From the NCBI RefSeq assembly GCF_009914755.1, contig NC_060935.1: 64,000 bases of DNA; one strand, 5' to 3'. Position 1 is the first letter of the stretch. Each line of letters opens with the position of its first letter. Source of the stretch: the human T2T-CHM13v2.0 reference genome, Homo sapiens. Positions 14,483 through 27,618 of this stretch are shown here, in pieces. Made by a program: the position numbers and the translations under genes. The notes beneath the pieces were generated by a model, which saw only the letters and a list, made by a program, of their open reading frames with translations, was not told the origin of the DNA and did no database searches.

Positions 14483-17400
14483 AAAGTTCTCCAGTAAACA
14501 TAAATACATTAACAGAAATTTTGGCCTGTAACTCCACTTTTAATTGTTATGTACTAGGTAAAAGCCAAAAGCAAAAAGAATTATAAGTCTATGTTAATGG
14601 GAACATAATGTATAAAGATGTAATTTGTGACCTTGGCAACATAAAGTGTTTGGGGAGGAGGAGCTGTAAAGAAGCAGAGTTTTTGTATGTGACTAAAGTT
14701 ACATTGGCATCAATTTAACAAAGATTGTCATAACTTTAGAATGTTATATATAATCCCCATAGTAACCACAAAGAAAATATTTATAGAATATACACAAAAG
14801 GAAATGAGAAGAAATTCAAAATATGTTACTATAAAAAATCAAGTAAACAAAATGGAAAACAGTCATGCAAAAAATGAGGGACACAAAAGGCTCTAAGACA
14901 TACAGCAAAAAACAACAAAATGTCAAAAAGTGTCCTTATTAGTAGTTACTTTATGTAAGTGGCTTAAACTCTCCAATCAAAAGACATGGATTGACAGAAT
15001 GGATTGAAAGAAAGAATCCAAGCATATCCTATATATAAGAGACTCACATTAGATTTAATATCATCTATAAGTTGAAAGTGAAAATATGGGAAAAGGTATT
15101 CTATGCAAATAGTAACCAAAACAAAAGTGACCAGAGCAAAAACGGCCAACTAATATTAGACAAAGTAATCTTTAAGTCAAAAACTGTTACAAGAGACAAA
15201 GAATGATTATTATATAATGATAAAAGGGTTAATTTGCCAACAACTATAAGCATATATGCATCAAACATCAGAGCTCCCAACTATAAGATGTAAACATGAA
15301 AGAATTGGAAGGAGAAATAGATAACTCTAAAATAGTAGGAAACTTTAATACTTCACTTTCAGTAATGGATAGAACAACCAGACAGAAGATCAAATACGAA
15401 TACAGAGAAATTGAGCAACATTATAACCAACTGGACCTGACACACATATACTTAACACTTCACCCAGCAACAACAGAATATACATTTTCTCCAGTGCACT
15501 TGGTGCACTCTTCATGATAACTCATGCATTAGGCAACAGAAAAAGTCTTAATACATTGTAAAAGAATTGACATAATACAAATTGTCTGTTCTTATCACAA
15601 TGGAATGACGAGAAATTAACAACAGAAGGAAAACTGGAAAACACACAAATATATTGAAGTTCATCAACATACCTTTAAACAACCAAAAAAGAAATCACAA
15701 GGAAAATTATAAAATATCTTGAGAAAAACAAAAATAAATCATGACATACCTGTCATACCAAAACTTATGAGATGTAGGAAAAGCAGAGCTAAGAGGAAAA
15801 TTTATGGCTGTAAAAGCTCACATTTATTAAGACAAAAGGTCTCAAATCAATAGCCTAACTTTATATTTTTGGAAACTAAGGAAAAAAGAGTAAGTCCAAA
15901 ACTAGCAGAAGGAATGAATTAATAAAGATTAAAGACAAATACAAATTTTTAAAAAGACAATAGAGAAAATCAGTAAAATAAAGAGTTGGTTTTTAAAAAA
16001 CATTAGCAACATTGACAAACTTTTAGCTAGGTTGACTAAAAAGGAGCAAGAAGACAAAAAAATCAGCATGGAATATTATTGTCAATTTGACAGAAATAGA
16101 AAAGATTATAAGGAGTACTATAAACGATTGTACACTAAGAAATTGGATTACCAAATGAAATGAACAAATTCCTAGAAACACACACCTTACCAGGACTGAA
16201 TCACGAAGAAATAAAAAATTTGAATAGACCTATAACTAATAAGGAGATTGAATTGGTAATCAAAAAACTCACGACAAATAAAAAACTAGGAACAGATGTT
16301 TTCACTGGTGAATTACATCAAACACTTAACGAATTAACACCTTAAACCGTTCCAAAAAATTGAAGAGGAAGGAATGCTTCCTAATTCTCTAGAAAATACT
16401 AGCAAATAGGATTCAACAGCATATTAAAAGGGTTATACACTGTGACAAAATGAGATTTATTCCTTAAATGCAAAGGTGGTTTTATACATTGAGAAGAAAG
16501 TCAGTCAATCTAATAAATCACAATTCATGGAATGAAGGAGGGAAAAAAACACATGATCATTTCATTTGAGTCAGAAAAAGCATTTGACAAAATTTAGCAT
16601 TATTTCATGATGAAAACACTCAACAAACTAGAAAAAAATCTAACTCAGTAAGAGCCATCTATGAGAAACCCACAGCTAAAATTATACGTAATGGTGAAAA
16701 ACTGAACTTCTTTTTTTAGGCTCAATAACAAGACAAGGATTCCTACTTTCACCACTTGTGTTCAAAATAGTACTAGAAGTACAAGCCAGAGCAATTAGAG
16801 AAGAAAAAGAAATAAGTCACCGAAATTCTAATGGAAGAAGTAAAATTATCTTTGGTTGTCGATGACACCATCTTATAGGTAAAAAACTCTAAATGTCACA
16901 CATATGCACCCACACACAAAACACTGTTAGAATTAATAAATCAATTCAGCAAAGTCGCAACATACAAAATCAACATGCAAAAATTGGTGGTTGCTGTTCT
17001 ATATACTAATAGTGAACAATTCAAAAAGGAAATTAAAGAACAATTCCACTTGCAATAGCATCAAAAACATAAAATACTTAAGAATAAACTTAACTATTAA
17101 AGACAATGGAGAAAATCAGTAAAACCAAGAGTAAAATTAGTAAAACCAAGGAAGCAAAAAACTTATACAGTGAAAACTACAAAATCTTCCTGAAAAATTT
17201 TAAGAAAATAGAAATAAATGGAAAGACAACCCATGTTCATGGATTGAAAGCTTTAAACTTGTCAACACTACCCAGAGCAGTCTAAAGATTCAGTACAATC
17301 TCTACCATAACCCAGTGATATTTTTGTAAGAATCGAAAAATTTATTCTAAAAGTCATATGAAAACTCAAGAAACCCCAATAGTCAATATAATAATGATAA

Positions 17401-19859
17401 AGAAAAACAAAGGTGTAGGTCTCACATTTCCTGATATCAAAACTTACTATAAAGCTTTGGTAGCCTAAACTGTGGAATAGGCATAATGACAGACGTTTAA
17501 ACCAACGGAGTAGAACAAAGAGCCAAGAAACAAACCATAAAATATATTGTCAAATAATTTTAAACAAGAGTGTCATGACCATTTAATGAAGAAAATATAG
17601 TCTTTTCAATAAAAAGTTTGAGAAAACTAGATATTCATATGCAAAATATGAAATTCAACCCTTAATTTAGCCCATATACAAAAATGAACTCTCCCAGATT
17701 CAGTAATGGCTGCAAAAAATAAAATAAATTATAAATTATTAAAAGGTAATCAACTCAGTATGGACCAAAGATGTAAGTGTAAAAGCTAAAACTATAAAAA
17801 TCTTAGAGGAAAACATGAAGACAAATTTTCATGACATTGGATTTGGCAATAATTTTTTCGATATGAAACCAAAAACACAGACAACAAAAACAGTAGATAA
17901 ATTGGACTTCATCAGAATTAAAAACATTTATGCATCAAAGACCAGTATCATCAGAGTGAAACTGCAACCTATGGAGTAAAAACTAAATTGCATATTATAT
18001 ATCTGATAATGGATAATATTCAGAATATAGAAAGAACTACTACATCTCTACAATAAAAACCAAAAACCCAATTTAAAAATGTGCAAAGGACTTTAATAGA
18101 TATTTTTCCAAAGATGTACGAATGGCAATAAGCATGTGAAAAGATGCTCAACATGCTAACTATTGGAGAAATGCAAATCAAAACCACAATAGGATATCTC
18201 TTCATGCCCTTTAATATGGATATTATTAAAATACCAGAGAATAACAAGTAGTGGGGAGAATGTAGAAAAATTGAAATCCTCGTAGCATTGCTGGTAAAAA
18301 TGTACAATGGTGCATCCACTGTGGAAAACACTATGGTGATTCCTCAAAAAATTAAGCATAAAATTGACATGTGGTCCAGGAATTTCACTTCTGTGTATAT
18401 ATCTGAAAGAACTAAGAGCAAGAAAATGAACAGATATTTATGTGGCCATGTTTATAATAGCCTTCATTACAATAGCCAAAAGGTGGAAGCAACTCAGGTG
18501 TCCGCTGATGAATAAGTGGATAAACAAAATGTGATATGTACACACAATGAGATATTGTCCATCCTTCAAAAGGAAGAAAATTATGACACAAGCCACAGCC
18601 TGGATAAAACGTTAAGGCGCTGTCTAAGCAAAATAAGCCAGCCACAAAAGGCAAGCACTGTATGAGTTCATGACATCAGGCTCAAAAAAAAAAAAAAAAA
18701 AATCAAAAAAACCTAAGTTTTGAATATACAGTTAAAAAAACAAAAAAAAAAATAGAAAGAAAATAAATGAAGAGGTAAAAAGTGGAATGATAGTCACCAG
18801 GGAAAGGTCAGAGAGGGAATCGGGAAATGACTGTTTAATGGGTACAGAGTTTCAGTTTGGGAAGATAATAAAAGTTTTGGAGATGGATTATTGTGATGGT
18901 TGCACCATGATTTGTACTTGATGCCACTGAAGTGTACACTTGAAAATGCTTACAATGGTAAATTTTGTTATTTACACTTTACCACAATTAAAAATGGTTA
19001 TTTTAAAAAGACAATAACAACATTATTTTAAGGGCTTTTGATACACAGTGCCCTCCTGAAAGGATATCCTATTTATACTCTTACCAACAGTGTAAGAGCT
19101 CCACCTCACAACACCAAATATTAATATAAAAATACCTTTTAATTAACTAAATTTTAAAATAAAGCCTTATAGATGCTATCTCTCGAGGGGAAGACCGTGT
19201 CTATGCTGTTCTAGCTCTCTCAATAAACATCTTCATTCAATTCAGCTATACCGACACCTGGAATGCGCCCAACTGGGTACTTCGAATTTAGCTGATGGAG
19301 TAATTGGGCCAAGAAGTAGTTTAGACCTTGGTTCTCCAAAAAAAGTTTTAAAAAATTAAATGATCAAATACAATGCTGACTCTTAAAATTATGCAAATTA
19401 CATGAAAAGATTCAAGAGGACTCAAAACATTGAAATAGATCTTCAACAAAGCGGGGTGATGGTTGGCAATTGACCCGGGCCACATCTTCATCGGCATCTC
19501 CACATTCAACATATCTTTGTGTTCTATTAATTCTTTTTTTCCCAGAGCTCATATCTATCCACTGGTCCCATTTATGCTTTCAACATCTTGGTGCAGAGTT
19601 CCATATTTATCTGTTGGGAATATAGATCCCAACAGATAAGAGGGACTCCAACTCCAATCCATCCTGCACACCTGCACACAAGCTGTCACTTCATTTTCCT
19701 CAGTCATCAACTTAATTATGTCCTCCACATTCTTTAACACCTGAAAATGTTCTCTATTATTCATAAAGCAAAACTCCAACATTTAAAGTATTCAAATGCA
19801 ACCACCCAAAGCCCTTGCCATTTTGTAATCATTGTCTTCAAGTCAGTCCACATCCACTC

Positions 19860-20565
19860 GCTTATTCATTTATTCATTCTTTCTTTTCACATCAAGCAAT
19901 GTTTTTGTCCCTAGGATACAATGGCAAGCAAAATAGAGCTTTCAGTCAAACAAGAAAAAATAGGCAAGAAATAGTGAATTATAAGAAAATATGATGGGTT
20001 TGAGAAGAGAAATGTGGGGCGCTCTGGGGCCATGTGGCAGGAGACCCTCATTGGATGTGGAAGGCTTTCTGGAATGCTGCCCTTCAGCTGAAACCTGAAA
20101 TATGAGGAAGGATCAGAATCTTTGGAAATGGAGGAGGAACACATCAAGGTATTAACATCCAGAGTGGCATCCTGTGAGAAGAAAGGCCCACGGCAAGAAA
20201 GAGTAAGCATGAGGTGTGTGAGAAACTGAGATGAGGGCTGTGTGGCTGAGGTGGACACAAATAGAGAAAAGTTACCAGGAACACAGAGGAGGGGGAGATC
20301 TGTTAGCACGCTTTCAGAAACCTAAGTGAGAGGTAACAGTGACGTAACCTAAGATGGTTGTACAAGAGCGGAGGCTGCTGGGTCTGAGAGATATTCAGGA
20401 CCTGTCATTTGATTGAATGATGGAAATGAGGTAGAGGGTAAGGCAGGCCTTGATCTCAAGGCCCTTAGACTCGGGTACCGCAGCTCTGAGCAGTGGCTGC
20501 AGTTTGACAGTGACATGAGCGTGAGGGGCTAGACACAGTAAAGGCTGGGACACTAGAGTGAGCAT
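19860..20565 (-). mobile_element. L2 LINE fragment
   Basis: TTCATTTATTCATT terminus followed by a purine-rich L2-type body (GGAAGGCTTTCTGGAATG..AGCTGAAACCTGAA). Confidence 0.65.
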
Positions 20566-20568
20566 GGT

Positions 20569-21014
20569 ATGTCTGTTCATTACCTGTGGTTGCTGTGCCA
20601 ATCCCCACAAACCTGGTGGTTTCAAACAAGACAGATGTTTTCTTTTATGGTTCAGGAGAACAGGAGTTTACAATCAAAGTGTCAGCAGAACTTAATTCCT
20701 TCTGAAGGCTTCAAGAGAGAATCTGTTTTCTTGCCTCTTCTGACTTCCAGACACTGCCTGCATTCTTAGACCTCTGGCCCCTTCTTCACATCACTGCAAA
20801 CTCTGCTTCTGTTCACAGGTCCTCCTGGTGACTCTGACCCCATAACCCTCCTCCTTACCTTGTGCATACCCAAGCGATCTAGAGTAATCTCCCTATCTCA
20901 AGATTTTTAACTGACTTACATTAGCAATGTTCCTTTTGTCATGTAAGACAGTTCACAGGTCCCAGGGATTAGGACATTTTGGGGTGGTGGAATGGGCATT
21001 ATTCTGTCTATCAC
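20569..21014 (-). mobile_element. MLT1D-like MaLR solo LTR
   Basis: GGTTGCTGTGCCAATCCCCACAAACCTGGTGG..AATCTCCCTATCTCAAGAT..CAGTTCACAGGTCCCAGGGATTAGGACAT..GGCATTATTCTGTCTATCAC. Confidence 0.82.
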
Positions 21015-21214
21015 TATGTGTGTAGATGAGTTTTAGTTCATTTGTCCAACTTTCCGAGTATCTGAGCATCAGCTGCGTGCTAAGCACTGTGCTAGAATCT
21101 GGGGTTATGACAATACACCTCCTGCCTTTGTGGAGTTCACATTGTCCTAAGTCAATAAGCACATATATTTTATAATATCATAGGTTTCGTGGTGGAATAG
21201 CCAAGAAGGGGTAT

Positions 21215-21415
21215 ATTTGGTAGTTAAATTTGGGCTCTGGAATCAGACAGAAGCTCAACTCCCAGTTCCTCCACTCGTTAGCTGAACTTGGGCAGACAAT
21301 GTATCCTCTCAAAGTTACCTCAACTATGAAATGGGGATCGTCCACCGTAAAGGGACACTGGGAGGACTAAGGAGGCAATCCATGCAAAATATGTAGCCAA
21401 CAAATGGCAGTTATC
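21215..21415 (+). mobile_element. MIR SINE
   Basis: GGGCTCTGGAATCAGACAG..CCCAGTTCCTCCACTCGTTAGCTGAACTTGGGCA..ATGAAATGGGGAT. Confidence 0.75.
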
Positions 21416-24400
21416 ATATTGTCATAGTCACTTTTTGTCTTACATTTTGGTTATGAATGCATACATCTATATCCTGAGTTCAAGCATAAATGTTTCTAAA
21501 GATTAAAGATTAAAAATATGTTTTATGCATTTGTTTAGCTACAATGCCTTACAAAATAAAATGTCTGTTGAAATAAATCACCAGGTTTGGCTTCAAACTT
21601 GGAGTGTCTGAATCATAACATTATATATTTGGCTGTATGGATCACTACATCTCAGAGAAACCACATGGCAATCCTGCCCCTCCCTCTTCACCTATCAACA
21701 ATGGCGCCTCTATAGAGGATCAAGAAGTATGTAATGTACACTTTTTGATGTGGAAAATTTTAAGTTTTGTGCACTGCTGGGAAGGAGCATGAGACAAAGA
21801 TTTCCAGAGAGAAGTCTGCTAGAAGATAAGACAAACACTTGAACACTTAACAGTATAATCCAAGAACAAAATGAAAATCAAAAGATTACTCTGGATCAGT
21901 GGCTAAGTAATGGGTACAGAGAACAAGCAATTTGGATTGGAGGAAGGCAAACTCATTGTTGTTATGGTGATCTCTTCTGGAAGAAGTAGAACCGGAACCG
22001 TGACCTTAGCAAATGGGTAGAATTCTTAAGGAGATGGCCAGTGGAAGCACAGGTTCAGGAGGCCAGGAAACCAGTTTTGCTGAAGCAAAAGGCCATTCTA
22101 CAGAAGGGTAGCAAATAAACCCAACAAGACAATTTGGGATTAAACTATGCGAACATTCGCTACCAAGCTAAAAAGTTTTAAACTCTCCTGTGTAGTCAAA
22201 TACCAGCCACATCTTTTTTCTCAGTTTAGAAAATGTACAAAAAATACATTTCTTCATATTAATGTAAATTTAGATAAATTTCAATGATAATATACTAATA
22301 CTTCGGATTTAGTAACTTGAGTGACAAGAAGGTGGGAGTGAAGAGGAAGAAAGAAGAAGGCAGTGTCCCTAGCTAATGTCTAACAGACAAGACAGGCGGT
22401 ATCAAGGCTCCCAAAGGAATGTCTCATCTCATGTAGCCAATGGAAGAAAATGGAAACCTACTGCTTTAAAGACTTCTGGCATATCCTCGGGTAGAGTTGT
22501 TTTGTTTTTTTAAACAGATATTTATATTTAGTTTGGTGTTCCAAAAAAGTTAACTACTGTTATTTTTTCTTCCCCAAAAAAGTTCATTTAAGAAAGCTGT
22601 TGCTTTTTGCATCTGTTATGCAGTTGAACATCTGTGAACCATGAATTAACCCACTGCTCTCCTGATGAAGTTTGAGAACACTGGGGACATTCAAGGGGCA
22701 TTCCCAGTGCCCCCCTAAGATGGTGGCTTCCTACAAGCGCACTGCCAGGCCCAATGCTGGGCAAAATGCACAGGAGTCCTCTGTCCTTAGAGAGCTGATA
22801 GTTTTCATCCCTGCTCTTCTCTTTCAAGTGCAAAATACAACAGGATTCGATATGGATGGAAGTTGTCATGGGGTTCCTAGGCACCCTTAGAGCTGTCCCT
22901 ACTTGGTTTTACAGATCACCTCCCACCTCTGTCTGCATTCTCAGTCCTCTGAGCATGTCACTAAAATCTCAAAAAAGTCCTCAAGCAAGTCAAATGAAAA
23001 TAAATTGCATGTGTTTGTATACTTATAGTTATTTATCATTTTGGCAGTTAGGTATTGCATGTCTACAATGGCCCAAACACTGTATTAATAATATTTTTAA
23101 AGACTGGAAGAGAATCTCCCCAAAATAAAGAAGGATGGCCAGAGAGGGAAGTAAGAATTATTGAGTACCTCCCTCACTCCATGGCAGGTTCTTCAGATGG
23201 CTCATCAAGTGGTACCATTCTCACTTCACCAAACTGAGATATAAGCCTGGTCCCATATGTCCTGAATGGCAGAACTGGTGAATAAGCCACAGTATCTGAC
23301 TCCCCGGCCTTCTTCTGTGACACTACCAATTCAGGGTGCCCAACTTCTTTGGCCAATTGCTCAATGAATTCCCTCACACTCCAAATTGAAAAAAAGACAA
23401 CACTCATTCTGCTGTTGGGACCTTGGAAAGCAGTGTGGTGGAGGGGAAAGAATGGCAGCTTTGTTTATATCACAATAGATCATTTGTATAATAGGAGATC
23501 TGAGTCTTCTCCTCCTTGGCCACTTACTACCTCTGGGACCTTGGCAATTTTGTCACCTCTACAGTAGGGATGGCAAACAACACATCATGTAAGACTCCTA
23601 GTACCTGGCAATGCTCTCAAAATAAGACACCTTAGGTGATAAGGGCTGGCTGCAAATTTTAGTGTTGTGGTTTGAAATGAAGTAGAAGTTTTAAAACAAG
23701 TGACAGAATTTAAGGGGTTTTTCCTTGCCTTTCATTGATGGCAATGGCACGGTTTCCAGGATGCTTGCTGCCACCTCTCCAGGGTCCCATGGCAGGGTCA
23801 AAGCACAGCACTGTGCTTGCCAGTGGCTCTCAGACCCCTACCTGCAAAGGCAGGTGCTCAAACGTGGCTCTTTTCCTATAGGTGAAGAAAGGATGCTGGG
23901 ACAGGCAGCGGAGACAGATGCTGTGAGACTGTCAAAGTCATAACTGCAACTCTTTCTGGTTCCCAACACACTCAGACCTTCCTGGAATGGCCCAGGGAGA
24001 CTGTGACTGCTGCGGCAGCCAGGAGGCACAAGCAGAGCCTCCCAAGTCCTCTAGGATTTAGCCAAGGGTAGCATTGGCTGCAGGAAGGGTGTCAGGTCCA
24101 GATGACTGACTCTGATGAGCTCTCAGAACCAGATTTAAAAGTGACAGTGAAGCCCTGGGGAAAATGTCCTAAGCAAATGGGATTAGAATACAAATTGTGT
24201 TTGACTGAGAGCCCTTGCGGGCACCTTGGCCCCAAGGGACAATAGGTTGCTTTGGGATAGCTGAGAGAAAAAGGCTTTTTGACAAGCGTTCAAGAGCTCA
24301 CTTCACAAACACTCTGTTCATTTCTCCCCCAGCCCCTTTCTCTACCTTGTGAAATCATCTACAGCCTCTCCATTTGGGTTGAGGTGAAGAGGATAGGTAA

Positions 24401-24754
24401 GCAGTATAATATGTTCAGCAGCTCTGCCCTGCAGGTGAGGGTAGAGAATATTATGGAAAAAAACAATTATTGATAATCAGGAATATTCATTGTGAAGTAT
24501 AAGCACCATCCCACAGGGAAAAATGGTAGGATAGTCACCCGGGAACTGAAGGCTGTGGCTGCTGCCCCAGAGACTGGGGGGCCTACCCTGCCCTGAGGAG
24601 CTGGGGTTGGCTTAGGCTGCACATTCTCTCCCAATAGAGAATCAGATCTGCTCATTCACTCTAAGGTATGAATGACTAGATAAGTGTTACTTCTCTCAGA
24701 AATACTTGTATCTTTATACTCCCTTTCTAACAAATGACATGAAATAGCTAAATT

Positions 24755-25032
24755 TATGTTCCACATAATGATAGTTCGGCCAATGATGGACCACATATAT
24801 GATAGTGGTCTCATAATATTATAATATGGTATTTTTTACTGAACCTTTTCTATGTGTGGAGACACAAATCCTTAGTACTGTGTTCCAGTTGCCTACAGTG
24901 TCAGCACAGTGACATGCTGTGCAGCTGTGTACCCTAGGAGCAGTAGGCTCCACCGTACAGCTGAGGTGTGTAGTAGGCTGTACCACCTAGGTGTGTATAA
25001 GTGCATTCTGTGAAGTTCACACATGATGACAT
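24755..25032 (+). mobile_element. Tigger3a (Golem-derived) TcMar DNA transposon fragment
   Basis: CACATAATGATAGTTCGGCCAATGATGGACCACATATATGATAGTGGTCTCATAA..CCTAGGAGCAGTAGGCT..GGTGTGTAGTAGGCTGTACCA. Confidence 0.8.
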
Positions 25033-26125
25033 GTTGCTGTCATACAAAAGCTTCTTAGCTCATTCCTTTTTGCTCCAGTTTCACCCTACTCCAGCCTCAG
25101 CCCACTTCAATTCATGCCATATGTTATCACCTGTTTGTTTTTCCTAAACAATTGCTCCAATTGTTTTCTCTTCACAACAAGGCCTTGAGGAGTTCTCATT
25201 GCTTTCAGGAAGAATCCTCATCTCTAAACTTGACCTTCAGACTCCTCCGTCTGACCCAATTGGCTTTCTAAGCCTGCAATGCCCTCATCTCCAACACAGA
25301 AGTTCTCCTCAAGTGCTCCTCCGACTATTTTATGAAAAACCCCCAGGTTTTTATAGATCCTACCTGGCACATGCTCTCTTCTGTACCTTAAATACCTCTC
25401 ACCTTTCTTTGTCTCTTATAAAATTCTGCCCATTCTTAAAGAGGCTTTCAAATTTGAAACTTTTCTGGAACCAACTAAGTTCACAATAATCTCTGCCACC
25501 TCTAAACAATTAAAATCCTTACAGTCTCTGACACTTAGACAGCATTGCCTTACAGTAGTCATCATTTTATTTGTTTACATTTAGTCTTCCCAAATTACAC
25601 TGCAATAAGCCGCTTAAAGTTGAGACCTGATTTATTCTACCTTCCCTGCAATCCCAGAATAATGGCAAAGACCTCCATTTTCAAGGGGAAACCATCATCA
25701 GGGGATGTTGACTCTATGGATCTGGACTGAAGCTAATGGAACTCCACGAAACTAGAGATTATTATTTTTTTAATCCCAGAAGTCAAGTTTGAAATCCCAA
25801 CTTGAAATAAAACAACATGATTTTCTCACAAAAGAAAACACTCTTCACAGTTTTTGACCATCACTCCCTTGAGAATGAGCTCTAAGACTGCACTAATGAG
25901 TCTATTAGAATTAATTAGACTAATCTGAAATTATTTGCTTAATCTAGGGACAATCTCATGGTGGAGAAAGCCCCCAGAGAGAAGCTGACCAGAGGGTGGA
26001 AAAGCCTCACAGCTCCCCCATCCCTGTGACAGATGCAACTCACACAGCTGGTCCCAGACAATCTGGCAAATGTCACGAGGAAGGAGGGCAGGTGAGAAAG
26101 CTGGCAAAGTGTGATGTCCTTTCTT

Positions 26126-26305
26126 TCCCTGGTCCCTGCCACCCTGACCAGTGGTAGGATTTCTGGAAACCCAGCAGAATGCTGTGATTCTGCCAGTCAT
26201 CCTGAAGTGGGCTTGATCCTAACACATCTGACCACAAGAGCTGATCTTTCTATTGCACTTTGTGCTTTGGCAGACCCCAACTATTGGCTGACTTTTGGAG
26301 GAAAA
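26126..26305 (+). repeat. 180-bp dispersed direct repeat, copy 1
   Basis: Aligns without gaps to 27439-27618 with 13 mismatches (counted by eye). Confidence 0.95.
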
Positions 26306-27438
26306 AGTGAAAAGAGCAACTAACCATTGAAAGCAAACAGGGATGGGAATGCTGTCCTTTGTGCCTTGCTCAGGACAAGCCATGTTTGTCTGCATTTCCA
26401 GAGATGCTTAAGAAGGCTTTTTTGTGGCTAGAGAGATCATTCAGGGTCAATCCAAACAAAGCTGGTCCCTGACACAGACTCTCTGAAAAGGCAGAGAGTT
26501 GGCAAATTTTGTTCCCTGAGCTGTCCACCAAATCAACAAACTAACTGCATCCCTACTAAGGAAAAGGCTTCTGTTAGATGACGTAGTGTGATAGGAGCTA
26601 CGAAGCAGGATAAGACATGATCCCTGTCCTTGAAGACATCAGTCTATATGGAAAGATACAACTCAAGTACATTAAAGACAGCTAGCAATACAGGAAATGA
26701 GTAGTTCAGAAAACAAACAACAGTCTACAGCTCAGCATTGGGAGGGATCACTGGGAGGTTGGAATGACTAGGGATGGCTTCCTAAGAGAAGTTGCACTGA
26801 AGTCAGAACTTGAAAGGAAGATTTTGGAGAAACAGAAGAATGGAATGGATGCAGAAGCAATCAAAGGAATATGTAAAATAGAGTGAAGAAGCCTTTATAT
26901 ACTGATATGGAATGATCTCCAAGAAATGTTGGTAGGTAAAAGGGCAAGATGCAGAGCTGAGTGTATTGTATGCTATCATTTATGTAAGAGGAAGAGACAG
27001 ACAGAGAGCTAGAGAGAATATTGGCTTGTATATGCATATAAGATTTTGGAAGGATACTGAGAACTAATGACATTGATCATCTTGGGAGAGGGGAACTGGT
27101 TGGCTGGGGCATAGGCATGGAAGAAAGACACAGATATTCCACTGTATTCCCTTCTGTATCTTTTAAAATATGAAACATGATTTCTTAAAAAAAACAAGAG
27201 TAAAAAACCGGAGTGGAAGAAGCAATAGAATACTTACAGCATATTTTACGGACTACTTGAGGTAAAACAGAAGGATTGAGGAGTAGTAAAATGTTTCCAT
27301 GATGCTCATGACAGGGTCTAAAATTGAATAGGTTATTTTCAAAACATGGATATGCTATAAAGAGAAACTGAGGTCAGGAGTCATTGAAGACAGAGGGAGT
27401 AGAGAAAAGACACTTGTAGTTTAAGGGTGTGGAAATGG

Positions 27439-27618
27439 TCCCTGGTCCCTGCAACCCTGACCAGCAGGAGGATTTCTGGAAACCTAGCAGAATGCCATGA
27501 TTCTGCCAGTCATCCTGAAGTGGGCTTGACCCTAACACGTCTGACCATGAGAGCTGATCTTTCTATTGCACTTTGTGCTTTGACAGACCCCACCTATTGG
27601 CTGACTTTTGGAGGAAAA
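27439..27618 (+). repeat. 180-bp dispersed direct repeat, copy 2
   Basis: Aligns without gaps to 26126-26305; offset 1313 bp. Confidence 0.95.

Noticed and set aside
13479-14537. Six long overlapping ORFs (166-352 aa) rich in Y/I/H/T/C/V
   Set aside because: Artefact of a stop-free TA/CA/TG microsatellite plus Alu sequence.
26126-26305. Duplicated 180-bp unit as a snoRNA or other ncRNA pair
   Set aside because: No proper box C (RTGATGA) with terminal stem and no evident H/ACA architecture; differences look like neutral CpG decay.
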